Positions 1 through 10,096 of a stretch of 58,405 nt of DNA are shown piece by piece. A model generated the notes under the pieces. It made no database searches, was not told the origin of the DNA, and saw nothing but the letters and a program-made list of their open reading frames with translations. This DNA comes from a bacterium. GTDB lineage: Bacteria; Patescibacteriota; Microgenomatia; UBA1400; UBA12108. The DNA is taken from the NCBI GenBank assembly GCA_037133595.1, contig JBAXNV010000002.1, positions 1 through 58,405 on the forward strand, written 5' to 3'. How positions within the stretch are numbered: position 1 is the stretch's first letter; each line of letters starts with the position of its first letter. The translations under genes and the position numbers were made by a program.

Positions 1-124
1 ATTAATAACCAGGAGAAGATTAGACAAAGCGTCTAGCAAACTGGGTACCTAACAGTTCGTATGGCTTTGTGTCTTCTGGCATATTATTCTCCTAGGTAAA
101 ACTAATTTATCTAAGAGACATTAT

Positions 125-144
125 GAGAGAGAGAGAGAGAGAGA
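125..144. repeat. (GA)10 dinucleotide microsatellite in intergenic DNA
   Basis: Perfect gagaga run read directly at 125-144. On the minus strand it is flanked by TTGACA (151-146) and CATAAT (125-120). Confidence 0.95.
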
Positions 145-173
145 ATGTCAAGTCAAGGTGTGTTTGGGAGTGG

Positions 174-482
174 TTACTGAGGAAGGAAGCGGATCGAGAG
201 CCTAGTTCCCGTTGCGTCGGCGAGACGCTGCAAGAAAGGGATTGTAGGATGGCTCTTACCAGCTTCTACGCGCGCAATGGACGATTGAGTTGTGCCCATT
301 TTCTTGGCAATCTGAGCTTGGGTCATTCCCTTTTTCATTCGGGCATCAAGAATTGCCTCGATTGGAGCAAATTCTGCATCTAGTTTCTCATACTCTTTTC
401 GAAAAATTGGATCTTTCATTTGTTTGTTAAAAACAATTTTTGCATCCAAATGTTTTCTTTTATCGGGAGGAATATTAATCAT
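174..482 (-). CDS. XRE-family helix-turn-helix antitoxin (HigA-like)
   Basis: 102-aa ORF with a Cro/XRE-type HTH (GMTQAQIAKKMGTTQSSIARVEAG). It lies 12 nt downstream of a RelE/HigB-type toxin remnant, in toxin-then-antitoxin order. Confidence 0.8.
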   Translation of the reverse strand: MINIPPDKRKHLDAKIVFNKQMKDPIFRKEYEKLDAEFAPIEAILDARMKKGMTQAQIAKKMGTTQSSIARVEAGKSHPTIPFLQRLADATGTRLSIRFLPQ

Positions 483-494
483 ATAGCGTATATG

Positions 495-645
495 CTATAT
501 AACTTCTTTCATTCTGTCAAGTGCAATCTTTAATTCTTTCGCAGGAGTTTTTTGTGACTTCTTTGTGAATGCGTGCAATAGATAAAAAGTCATTAACTGG
601 AGATTCACCTCTCTGAGTTTGGTAGAACTTTATTTTCCATACCAT
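495..645 (-). pseudogene. Internally deleted RelE/HigB (Gp49-like) toxin remnant
   Basis: Hand translation of the minus strand. Frame a (645 to 517) gives MVWKIKFYQTQRGESPVNDFL, a typical N-terminus of this toxin family, then drifts to a TGA. Frame b (584 to 495) gives YLLHAFTKKSQKTPAKELKIALDRMKEVI-stop, a typical C-terminus of the family. The total is 151 nt, which is not a multiple of 3 and is roughly half the length of an intact toxin. Confidence 0.6.
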
Positions 646-653
646 AGTTTTAG

Positions 654-1745
<1,092 letters not shown>

Positions 1746-1750
1746 CAATT

Positions 1751-1781
1751 ACTCCATCGATTCGAATCATTGAAGTTGTGA
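1751..1781 (-). repeat. Short hairpin-forming intergenic motif, copy 1 of 2 (ACTCCAnCGATTCGAATCAynGAAGT)
   Basis: Near-identical to 38371-38400. It is an imperfect palindrome around GATTCGAATC. The copy lies 28 nt past the rpsG stop. Confidence 0.6.
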
Positions 1782-1808
1782 TCGCAAATTTCTAGTTGAA
1801 AGAGAAGG

Positions 1809-2285
1809 CTACCAACGGAAGTGACTGAATGCCTTATTCGCATCGGCCATGCGGTGAACATCGTCGCGCTTCTTAATCGCAGCACCAACTCCATTGAGGG
1901 CATCGACTACTTCGGCAGCGAGCTTCTCAGCAAACGAGTGATACTCTTTGTTGGGGCGTGCTTCGGCAGTTATTACTAACCATCGAATGCCTAGAGAAAA
2001 TTGACGACGTGGCGAAACTGGCATTGGTACCTGGTAAGCTGCTCCACCGATGCGGCGACTACGAACTTCCATTTTGGGGGCGATAGTAGTTAGAGCAAGT
2101 TTGAGAGTCTCTAATCCATCGTGTTTGGTTTTCTCGGCGATAATATCAATAGCTTTGTAAACTTGTTTCTCAGCTACGCTTTTTTTACCATCAAACATGA
2201 CACGATTGATAAGCTTGTTAACCTCGACTGAATTGTATTTGGCGTCACCTAAAACTTTTCTGACACCTGCTGATTTTGCACGCAT
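1809..2285 (-). CDS. rpsG: 30S ribosomal protein uS7
   Basis: 158 aa with a conserved uS7 core (RSRRIGGAAYQVP). It lies directly downstream of rpsL. Confidence 0.97.
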   Translation of the reverse strand: MRAKSAGVRKVLGDAKYNSVEVNKLINRVMFDGKKSVAEKQVYKAIDIIAEKTKHDGLETLKLALTTIAPKMEVRSRRIGGAAYQVPMPVSPRRQFSLGIRWLVITAEARPNKEYHSFAEKLAAEVVDALNGVGAAIKKRDDVHRMADANKAFSHFRW

Positions 2286-2298
2286 GATTATTTACTCC

Positions 2299-2715
2299 TT
2301 ATTTTACTTTTGGTTTCTTGGTTCCATATTTGGAACGACTGGTCATGCGCTTGTCGACTCCAGCAGCGTCGTACTTGCCACGCACAATGTGATATTTGAC
2401 ACCAGGAAGATCTTTAACACGACCACCGCGGATCAATACCACGGAATGTTCGGCCAAATTGTGCCCTTCGCCCATGATATAGGCTGTGACTTCCTGTTTG
2501 TTGCTAAGCCTAACACGAGCAATTTTACGAAGAGCTGAGTTAGGTTTCTTGGGTGTCATAGTTTTGACGACAGTGCAAACACCACGTTTTTGGGGAGAGG
2601 CGTATTCGACCATCTTCCTTTTGGTGGCATTAAAACCTTTGCGCAAGGCAGAGGCTTTGCTTTTTTTTGGTTTACTATCGCGCCCGAAGCGGATTAATTG
2701 ATTAACTGTTGGCAT
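2299..2715 (-). CDS. rpsL: 30S ribosomal protein uS12
   Basis: 138 aa with [19 protein letters not shown] and the HNLQEH-like segment ([22 protein letters not shown]). Confidence 0.97.
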   Translation of the reverse strand: MPTVNQLIRFGRDSKPKKSKASALRKGFNATKRKMVEYASPQKRGVCTVVKTMTPKKPNSALRKIARVRLSNKQEVTAYIMGEGHNLAEHSVVLIRGGRVKDLPGVKYHIVRGKYDAAGVDKRMTSRSKYGTKKPKVK

Positions 2716-2752
2716 ACTTTTTTAAATTTCCTTATATTTGTTTTTCGATTAG

Positions 2753-5700
2753 TTATTGTACCACAGCGAGAGCGGCTGCTTCTGCAGCTTCTCTGGCTTC
2801 GGCTAGAATTACGCCTTCTGGCTTACCAGTTGGGATGAGTCGGCCAATGATGACGTTCTCTTTTAGACCCAATAGGCGATCTTCTTTGCCCTGAAGTGCA
2901 GCTTCTGCTAGTACGTTGGTAGTCTCTTGGAATGAGGCGGCTGAGAGCCAACTCACTGTGTGAAGACTCGCCCTAGTAATGCCAAGGATAATACCAACTG
3001 CAGTTGCTGGTTCTCCACCTTCGGCGAGTACGGCATCGTTGTCTGCTTCGAATGTAGCGCGATCAACAATTTCACCAGGAATAAGAGGAGTGTCTCCAGA
3101 CTCTTCAATCTTGACCTTACTGCTCATCTCGCGAGCAATAACCTCAAAATGTTTGTCTGAGATCGGGATTCCTTGTGACTCATAGACTGCCTGAATCTCT
3201 TGGATCAAGTACAACTGAGCTTCGCGTAGACCGCGTACCCGAAGTACCTCACCAATATTCTGAGGACCAGCAGCAAGTGGCATACCAGCGGCAATGGGAT
3301 CTTTGTCTTTGACAAGGAGTGTTAAAGTGGCTGGAACAATATGCTCTTCAGTACCAGCTGGACCATTGATAATGACTCTGTATCCATCACCAGTTTCTTC
3401 GACAGTGACCTTGCCAGCAACTGTTGCTATAGGAGCTGTAACCTTGGGTGTGCGAGCCTCAAAAAGCTCTTCGACACGAGGTAGTCCCTGGGTAACGTCG
3501 AGACCAACAATTCCACCAGCGTGCTTAACACGCATAGTAAGTTGAGTACCTGGCTCACCGATACTCTGAGCGGCAATAACGCCGACAGGAGTACCTTCGG
3601 CGACCGTGTGACGAGTTGAGAAATCCCAACCATAACACTTGGCACAAAGACCATAGCGAGCAGTACACGTAAGAGGGGAGAAAATTTCAACTGATTCAAC
3701 GCCGGATAAAACAATTTCATCTGCCATTAGATCGTCTATTGTCTCGCCTTTTTTGACAATTGGCTCTTTGGTCTTAGGGTTTTTAATAGTTTTGACACTT
3801 GTTCTACCCAATAGGCGCTTGGCCATCTGCTTGCCACGTGGTCCGTCGCTTACAATCTCTAAACCAACTTCTACTCCACAGTCGGCTTCGCGAATTATTG
3901 TAGTGTGAGAAACATCTACTAAGCGGCGAGTAAGATAACCAGCATCGGCAGTCTTGAGAGCTGAGTCGGTAAGACCTTTGCGTGAACCGCGACTAGAGGT
4001 AACATATTCAAAGATTGAAAGACCTTCGCGGAAATTACTTTTGGTTGGCATTTCGACGATCTTACCCAATGGATCAACCACAAGTCCGCGCATAGCAGAA
4101 AGCTGCTTAACTTGATCGCGACTTGCACGAGTACCACCTGACTCGATAATAATCTTAACAGCATTGGTTGGCTCAAACTTGGCCCATGTCTCATTGGCGA
4201 TTTTCTCGGTTGTTTCCATCCAAACTTCAAAACTGAGGCGACGTTTTTCGTCGGCGGTGATCAAGCCTTGATTGTATGTTTCTTGGATTTCATTAACACG
4301 CACATCAGCCTCTTTAATCATGGCTTCTTTTTCAGGAATCATGATGTTGTCTGAGACGGCGACCGAAAGACCAGAGGTTGTGAGATACTCAAAGCCAGTA
4401 GCCTTAATAGCATCTACTAGATCAGCAACCTCTTGTTGAGAGAGTTCGCGAATGGCGTCTTTGATAATATCGGCAATCTTTTTGGCACCAACAGCTTCAT
4501 TCATAAAGCGCATGCTCATTGGAAGCACTGCGTTAAAAATGACGCGGCCAATAGAAGTTTCGATCGTCTTACCATTTACACGCAAAGCAATTGGCTGACG
4601 TAAGTGAATTAACCCAGTTTGATAAGCATGATGAACTTCTTGGCTATCTCCAAAGAGAATGCTTGATTTCTTGATGTCTGGATCAAAGCTGGTTAAGTAA
4701 TAACATCCTAGAGCCATCTCTTTGTTGGGAATGGTAATTGGGGTGCCATTAGCTGGCTTTAATAGATTGTGTTTGGCTAACATCAAACTCCCTGCTTCGC
4801 GGATGGCGGTAGCAGAAAGTGGAACGTGAACAGCCATTTGATCACCATCAAAGTCGGCGTTATAACCTGCACAGACACAAGGGTGTAACTGAATAGCATT
4901 GCCCTCAATAAGCACTGGATAAAAAGCCTGAATACCAAGCTTGTGTAGTGTAGGAGCGCGGTTAAGGAGAACTGGGTGATTTTTGGTAATCTTTTCTAGA
5001 ATATCAAAAACTTCTGGGTCCTTCTTCTCGATTATGTGCTTGGCACTCTTGACGTTTGGAGCAATTCCACCATTTATGAGCTCTCGCAACACGTATGGCT
5101 TAAACATTTCAAGAGCCATATCTTTGGGAAGACCACACTGATCAAGAGTTAGCTCAGGACCAACTACGATAACGGAACGACCAGAATAGTCAACGCGCTT
5201 GCCTAAAAGATTTTGGCGGAAACGACCCTGCTTGCCAGATAGCATATCAGAGAGTGAACGAAGAGGCTTGACTACGCGACGACGAGTAGTCTTGGTTTGA
5301 GATGCATCAATTAAGCTATCGACTGCTTCTTGGAGCATTCTTTTTTCGTTTCGAAGAATGATTTCTGGAGCGCCTAACTCAATAAGATGTTTGAGACGAC
5401 TGTTTCTATTGATAACACGACGATAAAGATCATTCAGATCAGAACTGGCAAAACGACCCCCAGAGAGCTGGACCATTGGGCGTAGTTCTGGAGGAAGAAC
5501 GGGAAGAACTTTGAGTATCATCCAAGAAGGATTAAGTCCTGCATTTTTGAGACCATCAACAATTTTGAGACGCTTGGCAACTTTGGTTCTTTTGATTCCA
5601 GTTTCTGTTTTGAGATCTTCTTTGAGTGAACGTGCAAGTGAGACTAGATCAAGAGTATTGAGATATTCTAGTACTGCTTCAGCACCCATTCCAACTTTGA

Positions 5701-6481
5701 GGTGGGAGACGGCGTCATACTCTTCAAGTTTGAGATACTCTTCTTCAGACATTACAGCTCCAGCAGTGACACGCTTGGCCATACTGAGAATAGTTTTGTA
5801 AATCTCATCGGTACTATCTTTGTCGCCTACAACACTTTCATGGACAAGTTCTATAGCTTTTTTGGCACTGATTTTGGAGCGTTCGATTGCAATGGCCATG
5901 GCATCGGCTGTCAACTTCTTGAGTTTGATAGCTTCTAACTCAGTTTCAAGAGCTGTTTTAACGCCTTCAAGTCTTTCTTTGGCACTATCATCTAGTGCTT
6001 GGAAAGCAGCCGCTTTATTGGCCTCAAGTGTTTCTACTACTTTGGCTTTTTCTTCTTTGTTAATTTCGAGAACGAGATACTTGGCAAAGTAAATCACAGC
6101 TGAAAGACTCTTGGGAGGGATGTTGGTCAAAAGAGAAAGCTTACTTGGAGCTCCTTTGAAGTACCAAATGTGGGCAACGGCGGTAGCTAGGTTGATGTGG
6201 CCCATGCGCTCGCGACGAACGCGACTCTGAGTAACTTCAACACCACATTTATCACAAACGATTCCACGATAACGAATACGTTTGTACTTGCCGCAATAAC
6301 ATTCCCAGTCCTTGGTGGGACCAAAAATTCGTTCACAAAAAAGTCCGTCTTTCTCGGGTTTTAAGGTCCGATAATTGATGGTTTCTGGCTTTATGACTTC
6401 GCCGTGAGACCAGCTGCGAATGGTATCACCACTTGCAAGTTGAATCTTGAGACCTTTAAAGTCAAGAATGTTTTTGATCAT
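2753..6481 (-). CDS. rpoC: DNA-directed RNA polymerase subunit beta'
   Basis: 1242 aa with the catalytic NADFDGDQMAVH motif and an N-terminal zinc finger (CYCGKY...CDKCGVE). Its ATG overlaps the rpoB TGA (ATGA at 6478-6481). Confidence 0.98.
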   Translation of the reverse strand: MIKNILDFKGLKIQLASGDTIRSWSHGEVIKPETINYRTLKPEKDGLFCERIFGPTKDWECYCGKYKRIRYRGIVCDKCGVEVTQSRVRRERMGHINLATAVAHIWYFKGAPSKLSLLTNIPPKSLSAVIYFAKYLVLEINKEEKAKVVETLEANKAAAFQALDDSAKERLEGVKTALETELEAIKLKKLTADAMAIAIERSKISAKKAIELVHESVVGDKDSTDEIYKTILSMAKRVTAGAVMSEEEYLKLEEYDAVSHLKVGMGAEAVLEYLNTLDLVSLARSLKEDLKTETGIKRTKVAKRLKIVDGLKNAGLNPSWMILKVLPVLPPELRPMVQLSGGRFASSDLNDLYRRVINRNSRLKHLIELGAPEIILRNEKRMLQEAVDSLIDASQTKTTRRRVVKPLRSLSDMLSGKQGRFRQNLLGKRVDYSGRSVIVVGPELTLDQCGLPKDMALEMFKPYVLRELINGGIAPNVKSAKHIIEKKDPEVFDILEKITKNHPVLLNRAPTLHKLGIQAFYPVLIEGNAIQLHPCVCAGYNADFDGDQMAVHVPLSATAIREAGSLMLAKHNLLKPANGTPITIPNKEMALGCYYLTSFDPDIKKSSILFGDSQEVHHAYQTGLIHLRQPIALRVNGKTIETSIGRVIFNAVLPMSMRFMNEAVGAKKIADIIKDAIRELSQQEVADLVDAIKATGFEYLTTSGLSVAVSDNIMIPEKEAMIKEADVRVNEIQETYNQGLITADEKRRLSFEVWMETTEKIANETWAKFEPTNAVKIIIESGGTRASRDQVKQLSAMRGLVVDPLGKIVEMPTKSNFREGLSIFEYVTSSRGSRKGLTDSALKTADAGYLTRRLVDVSHTTIIREADCGVEVGLEIVSDGPRGKQMAKRLLGRTSVKTIKNPKTKEPIVKKGETIDDLMADEIVLSGVESVEIFSPLTCTARYGLCAKCYGWDFSTRHTVAEGTPVGVIAAQSIGEPGTQLTMRVKHAGGIVGLDVTQGLPRVEELFEARTPKVTAPIATVAGKVTVEETGDGYRVIINGPAGTEEHIVPATLTLLVKDKDPIAAGMPLAAGPQNIGEVLRVRGLREAQLYLIQEIQAVYESQGIPISDKHFEVIAREMSSKVKIEESGDTPLIPGEIVDRATFEADNDAVLAEGGEPATAVGIILGITRASLHTVSWLSAASFQETTNVLAEAALQGKEDRLLGLKENVIIGRLIPTGKPEGVILAEAREAAEAAALAVVQ

Positions 6482-9400
6482 GATTGTTCTCCTTCACCCT
6501 CTGATTTAAGATCTTCTTCTGATGGCCCTTCTAGATCGTCGAGATCGCCCTCCTTGGAATCTATCTCGTCATCGTCGTCATCGTCGTCATCATCGGAAGC
6601 TGTGGAAGTGTTTGAGTCGTCGCTTTTATCATCGCCAAGACTTGAGGCTTTAATATCTTCGGCAACTGCATGACTAACTTCTTCGTCAACTTCAATAACT
6701 TCTTGAGGTTCGACTGGAATAACATCAAGGCCAAGTGAGTTAAGTTCCTTTAGCAGAACCTTGAAACTCTCAGGTACCGTACTTTCTGGAATCTCACTAC
6801 CTTTGACAATGGCTTCAAATGCTTTTGCGCGTCCAACAATATCGTCGGATTTGATAGTGAGCATTTCTTGCAAGACGTGAGCGGCTCGATGAGCTTCTAG
6901 TGCCCAAACTTCCATTTCTCCAAGTCTCTGTCCACCCATTTGGGCTTTGCCACCAAGTGGCTGTTGAGTCACGAGAGAGTATGGACCAGTTGAACGAGCA
7001 TGAGTCTTGTCTTCAACCATGTGAGAAAGCTTGAGGATATACCCGACGCCAACAGTGGTTGGCTTATCGAAAGCCAAACCAGTTCGTCCATCACGAAGGA
7101 TTGTTTTGCCTGAAACTGGTAAACCAGCCTTGGCAAGTTCTCTTTCAATGATAGATTCATCAAGTTTCTCAAAGACTGGAAGTGCAACCTTATAACCAAG
7201 CTTGCGAGCTGCCCATCCTAGATGAGCCTCAAGAAGTTGACCAAGATTCATACGCGCCAAAACAGAAAGAGGAGAAATGATAATGTCTATTGGTGTGCCA
7301 TCCTCAAGATAAGGCATATCGGCCTGACGAATAACGCGGGAGATGACACCCTTGTTACCATGACGACCAGCTAACTTATCACCAACGGTGACTTTACGAA
7401 GCTGAGCAACTTTGATTTTAACTGTCTTGATAACACCTGGATCAAGTTCGTCACCTTCTTCACGATCAAGCACCTGAACATCGATAACAGTACCACTCTC
7501 GCCATGAGGCATCTTGAGACTAGTATCTCTGACTTCGCGTGCTTTTTCGCCAAATATGGCTCTAAGCAAACGCTCCTCGGCGGTTAGTTCTGTTTCACCT
7601 TTGGGGGCAATCTTACCAACGAGGATATCGTTTGGAGAAACTTCAGCGCCAACTACTACAACTCCGTCTTCACCTAGATTTCGAAGGTCGTGCTCTGATA
7701 CATTGGGAATATCGCGAGTCAGCTCTTCGGCACCTAGTTTGGTGTCCATAACTTGACTCTCGTATTCATTAATGTGAATAGATGTAAGAACGTCTTCTCT
7801 GACCAAGCGATCTGAAATGATAATACCGTCTTCGTATCCAAGACCCATAAAAGAAGCGTAGGCAATTGTTAGATTCTTGCCGAGTGCTAACTCACCATTA
7901 TCAGATGCTGGGCCATCAATAACGATGTCTCCAGTTTTGACTTTGTCACCAACTTTGAGCATTGGGTGTTGGTTGTAGCATGTACTCTGAGCTGTTCTAA
8001 AGAATTTGATTAATGAATAAACTTCCTTACCCTTCTCTAGAGTTATATGCTCATTGTTACTGGTTTTATGATATTCTTTGGCTTTTTCCAACTCTTCCTT
8101 GTCGAGATCAAAAACAACTTTGGTTGCGTCGACATAAGAAACAGTTCCTGGACGAATGGCGCGAACAACCCAGTTCATTGAGCTTGCAACTTCACCTTCC
8201 ATACCAGTACCAATAATAGGTGCCTCTGGATGCACTAAAGGCACTGCCTGACACTGCATGTGAGTACCCATTAGAGCGCGGTTAGCTTCGTCATGAGCGA
8301 TGAAAGGGATGAGTGACGCTGAAGTACCAACGACTTGGCGAGGCACAACGTCGATATATTGAAGTTTCTCAACTGGAACTTCTAAGAAGTCGCCACCGTA
8401 TCGGACAGGAACCCAATTATCTTTAATATAACCATCTTTGACTTCGATACCAGCATGAGTAACATAATAACCTTGCTCGTCATCTGGTGAAAGATAATCT
8501 ACTTGGTCTGTAATCTTCATTCCCTTTTTATCGGCGACAACTTTGCGATAAGGTGACTCAAGGAAACCAAATTCGTTGACGCGTGTATAGAGAGAAAGAT
8601 AAGTCACGAGGCCAATGTTAGGACCTTCGGGTGAGCGAACTGGACAGATGCGCCCATATTGACTTGCATTGATATCTCGCATACTAAAACTAGCGCGCTC
8701 GCGAGTAACACCCCCAGTACCCATAACAGAGAGACGACGAAGATTGTCTATCTCTGAGAGAGGGTTGGTTTGATCAAGAATAGTTGAAAGGCGATTGCGA
8801 CGGAAGAACTCACTAATGGTTGCGATAATTGGCCTGGCATTAATAAGCTGGACTGGGGCAATAGACTCTTCTGGCTTTACCAAAGACATTTTTTCTTTGA
8901 TACTACGCTCCAAGCGAAGCAAGCCTATTCGAAAGGCGGTTGCACCCAATAGCTCACCAACTCTGCGGACACGGCGGTTACTTAAATGATCAATATCATC
9001 AACTTGCCCAACTCCATTTTGAAGACCAATGAGGTATTTGATTGCGGCTACAACATCCTGTTTGGTCAATACTTGATTGTCTGGCTTATTTTCTATGTTT
9101 AACCCCAATTTTTTATTGAGCTTGTAACGACCAACCTTGTCTAGATCATAACGACGAGGATCAAAAAAACTTTGGAAGAAAAGATTTTTGGCATTTTCGA
9201 GAACTGCTGGCTCACCTGGCCTGACTTTGTCATAGAGATCAAGAAGGGCTTCTTCTTTGGTTTTGTTGGGGTCTTTGGCTAGGGTTGCAAAAATGTATTG
9301 ATGTTCTTTGTCGGTATCAACATCTTTAAATAGGGCAAGGATCTCTGCTTCATCTTCGATACCCATCGCGCGGAGAAAGGTTGTTAGATAAAATTTGCGA

Positions 9401-9942
9401 TGGCGATCGATCTTGGCAGTAAGCGTATCATTTTTGTTAACTGTCATTTCTAGCCAACTTCCTCGCATTGGGCGTAGTTCGCCAAAATGAAGAACTCTAC
9501 CAGAGGTAGATTCGACGCTTCCAAAAAAGAAAATGCCAGGTGAACGAACCAATTGATTGACAACGGCGCGCTCAATTCCAGAAATAATAAATGTGCCACG
9601 ATCGGTCATCTTGGGAATATCTCCCAAAAAGACGTCTTGAGTTGTTTCTTCGGAGGTGACTCTATTAATAAGGGTAACGCGAACGCGCAATGGCATGTCG
9701 TAGGTCATGCCTTTGAGCATACCTTCTGTTGGAGTAATTTTGGGTTCTTCGAAATAATGCTCGCCAAGGCTTAATTCCCAGGTTTTGCCAGTAAAATCTT
9801 CGATTGGACTAACTTCTTGTAGGTACTTAGCAATGTCTTTTTTGAGGAATTCATCATATGAGTCGCGTTGGACTCGTGTAAGATCTAATTTGGGAAGTGG
9901 AAGATCCTGACTTCCCCAATATAAGCGATTTGACTTTGCCAT
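6478..9942 (-). CDS. rpoB: DNA-directed RNA polymerase subunit beta, with an acidic C-terminal extension
   Basis: 1154 aa with conserved beta blocks (GGQRLGEMEVWALEA, NMGQLLE-like). The C-terminal tail of about 70 aa is rich in D, E and S and includes nine consecutive Asp residues. Confidence 0.98.
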   Translation of the reverse strand: MAKSNRLYWGSQDLPLPKLDLTRVQRDSYDEFLKKDIAKYLQEVSPIEDFTGKTWELSLGEHYFEEPKITPTEGMLKGMTYDMPLRVRVTLINRVTSEETTQDVFLGDIPKMTDRGTFIISGIERAVVNQLVRSPGIFFFGSVESTSGRVLHFGELRPMRGSWLEMTVNKNDTLTAKIDRHRKFYLTTFLRAMGIEDEAEILALFKDVDTDKEHQYIFATLAKDPNKTKEEALLDLYDKVRPGEPAVLENAKNLFFQSFFDPRRYDLDKVGRYKLNKKLGLNIENKPDNQVLTKQDVVAAIKYLIGLQNGVGQVDDIDHLSNRRVRRVGELLGATAFRIGLLRLERSIKEKMSLVKPEESIAPVQLINARPIIATISEFFRRNRLSTILDQTNPLSEIDNLRRLSVMGTGGVTRERASFSMRDINASQYGRICPVRSPEGPNIGLVTYLSLYTRVNEFGFLESPYRKVVADKKGMKITDQVDYLSPDDEQGYYVTHAGIEVKDGYIKDNWVPVRYGGDFLEVPVEKLQYIDVVPRQVVGTSASLIPFIAHDEANRALMGTHMQCQAVPLVHPEAPIIGTGMEGEVASSMNWVVRAIRPGTVSYVDATKVVFDLDKEELEKAKEYHKTSNNEHITLEKGKEVYSLIKFFRTAQSTCYNQHPMLKVGDKVKTGDIVIDGPASDNGELALGKNLTIAYASFMGLGYEDGIIISDRLVREDVLTSIHINEYESQVMDTKLGAEELTRDIPNVSEHDLRNLGEDGVVVVGAEVSPNDILVGKIAPKGETELTAEERLLRAIFGEKAREVRDTSLKMPHGESGTVIDVQVLDREEGDELDPGVIKTVKIKVAQLRKVTVGDKLAGRHGNKGVISRVIRQADMPYLEDGTPIDIIISPLSVLARMNLGQLLEAHLGWAARKLGYKVALPVFEKLDESIIERELAKAGLPVSGKTILRDGRTGLAFDKPTTVGVGYILKLSHMVEDKTHARSTGPYSLVTQQPLGGKAQMGGQRLGEMEVWALEAHRAAHVLQEMLTIKSDDIVGRAKAFEAIVKGSEIPESTVPESFKVLLKELNSLGLDVIPVEPQEVIEVDEEVSHAVAEDIKASSLGDDKSDDSNTSTASDDDDDDDDDEIDSKEGDLDDLEGPSEEDLKSEGEGEQS

Positions 9943-9998
9943 GGAGTAACCCCCTAGATAATTACTGATGACTAATGATCGCCAAACAATACGAAAAT

Positions 9999-10026
9999 GA
10001 GCGTACGCGAGCTATCTTGTACGCTC
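9999..10026 (-). terminator. Hairpin downstream of mltG, upstream of rpoB
   Basis: 8-bp stem gagcgtac/gtacgctc with a 12-nt loop. On the minus strand it is followed by ATTTTCGT. Confidence 0.45.
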
Positions 10027-10096
10027 TTTCCCATACAACTTTGGGCGTGTGCTATTTAACCATGAGAATTGAGTATGGTCAATGGGGTAAAATGTA

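Noticed and set aside
123-383. 86-aa plus-strand ORF (MRERERENVKSRC...)
   Set aside because: It starts inside the (GA)10 repeat and lies entirely antisense to the well-supported HTH antitoxin ORF (174-482). It is a shadow ORF with no recognisable features.
1757-1772. CGATTCGAATC looked like a tRNA T-arm (GGTTCGAATCC), suggesting a tRNA or tRNA fragment at 1751-1781 and 38371-38400
   Set aside because: Neither strand has a 5-bp T-stem flanking a TTCGAAT loop. There is no acceptor, D or anticodon arm and no CCA context. I kept it as a repeat motif only.
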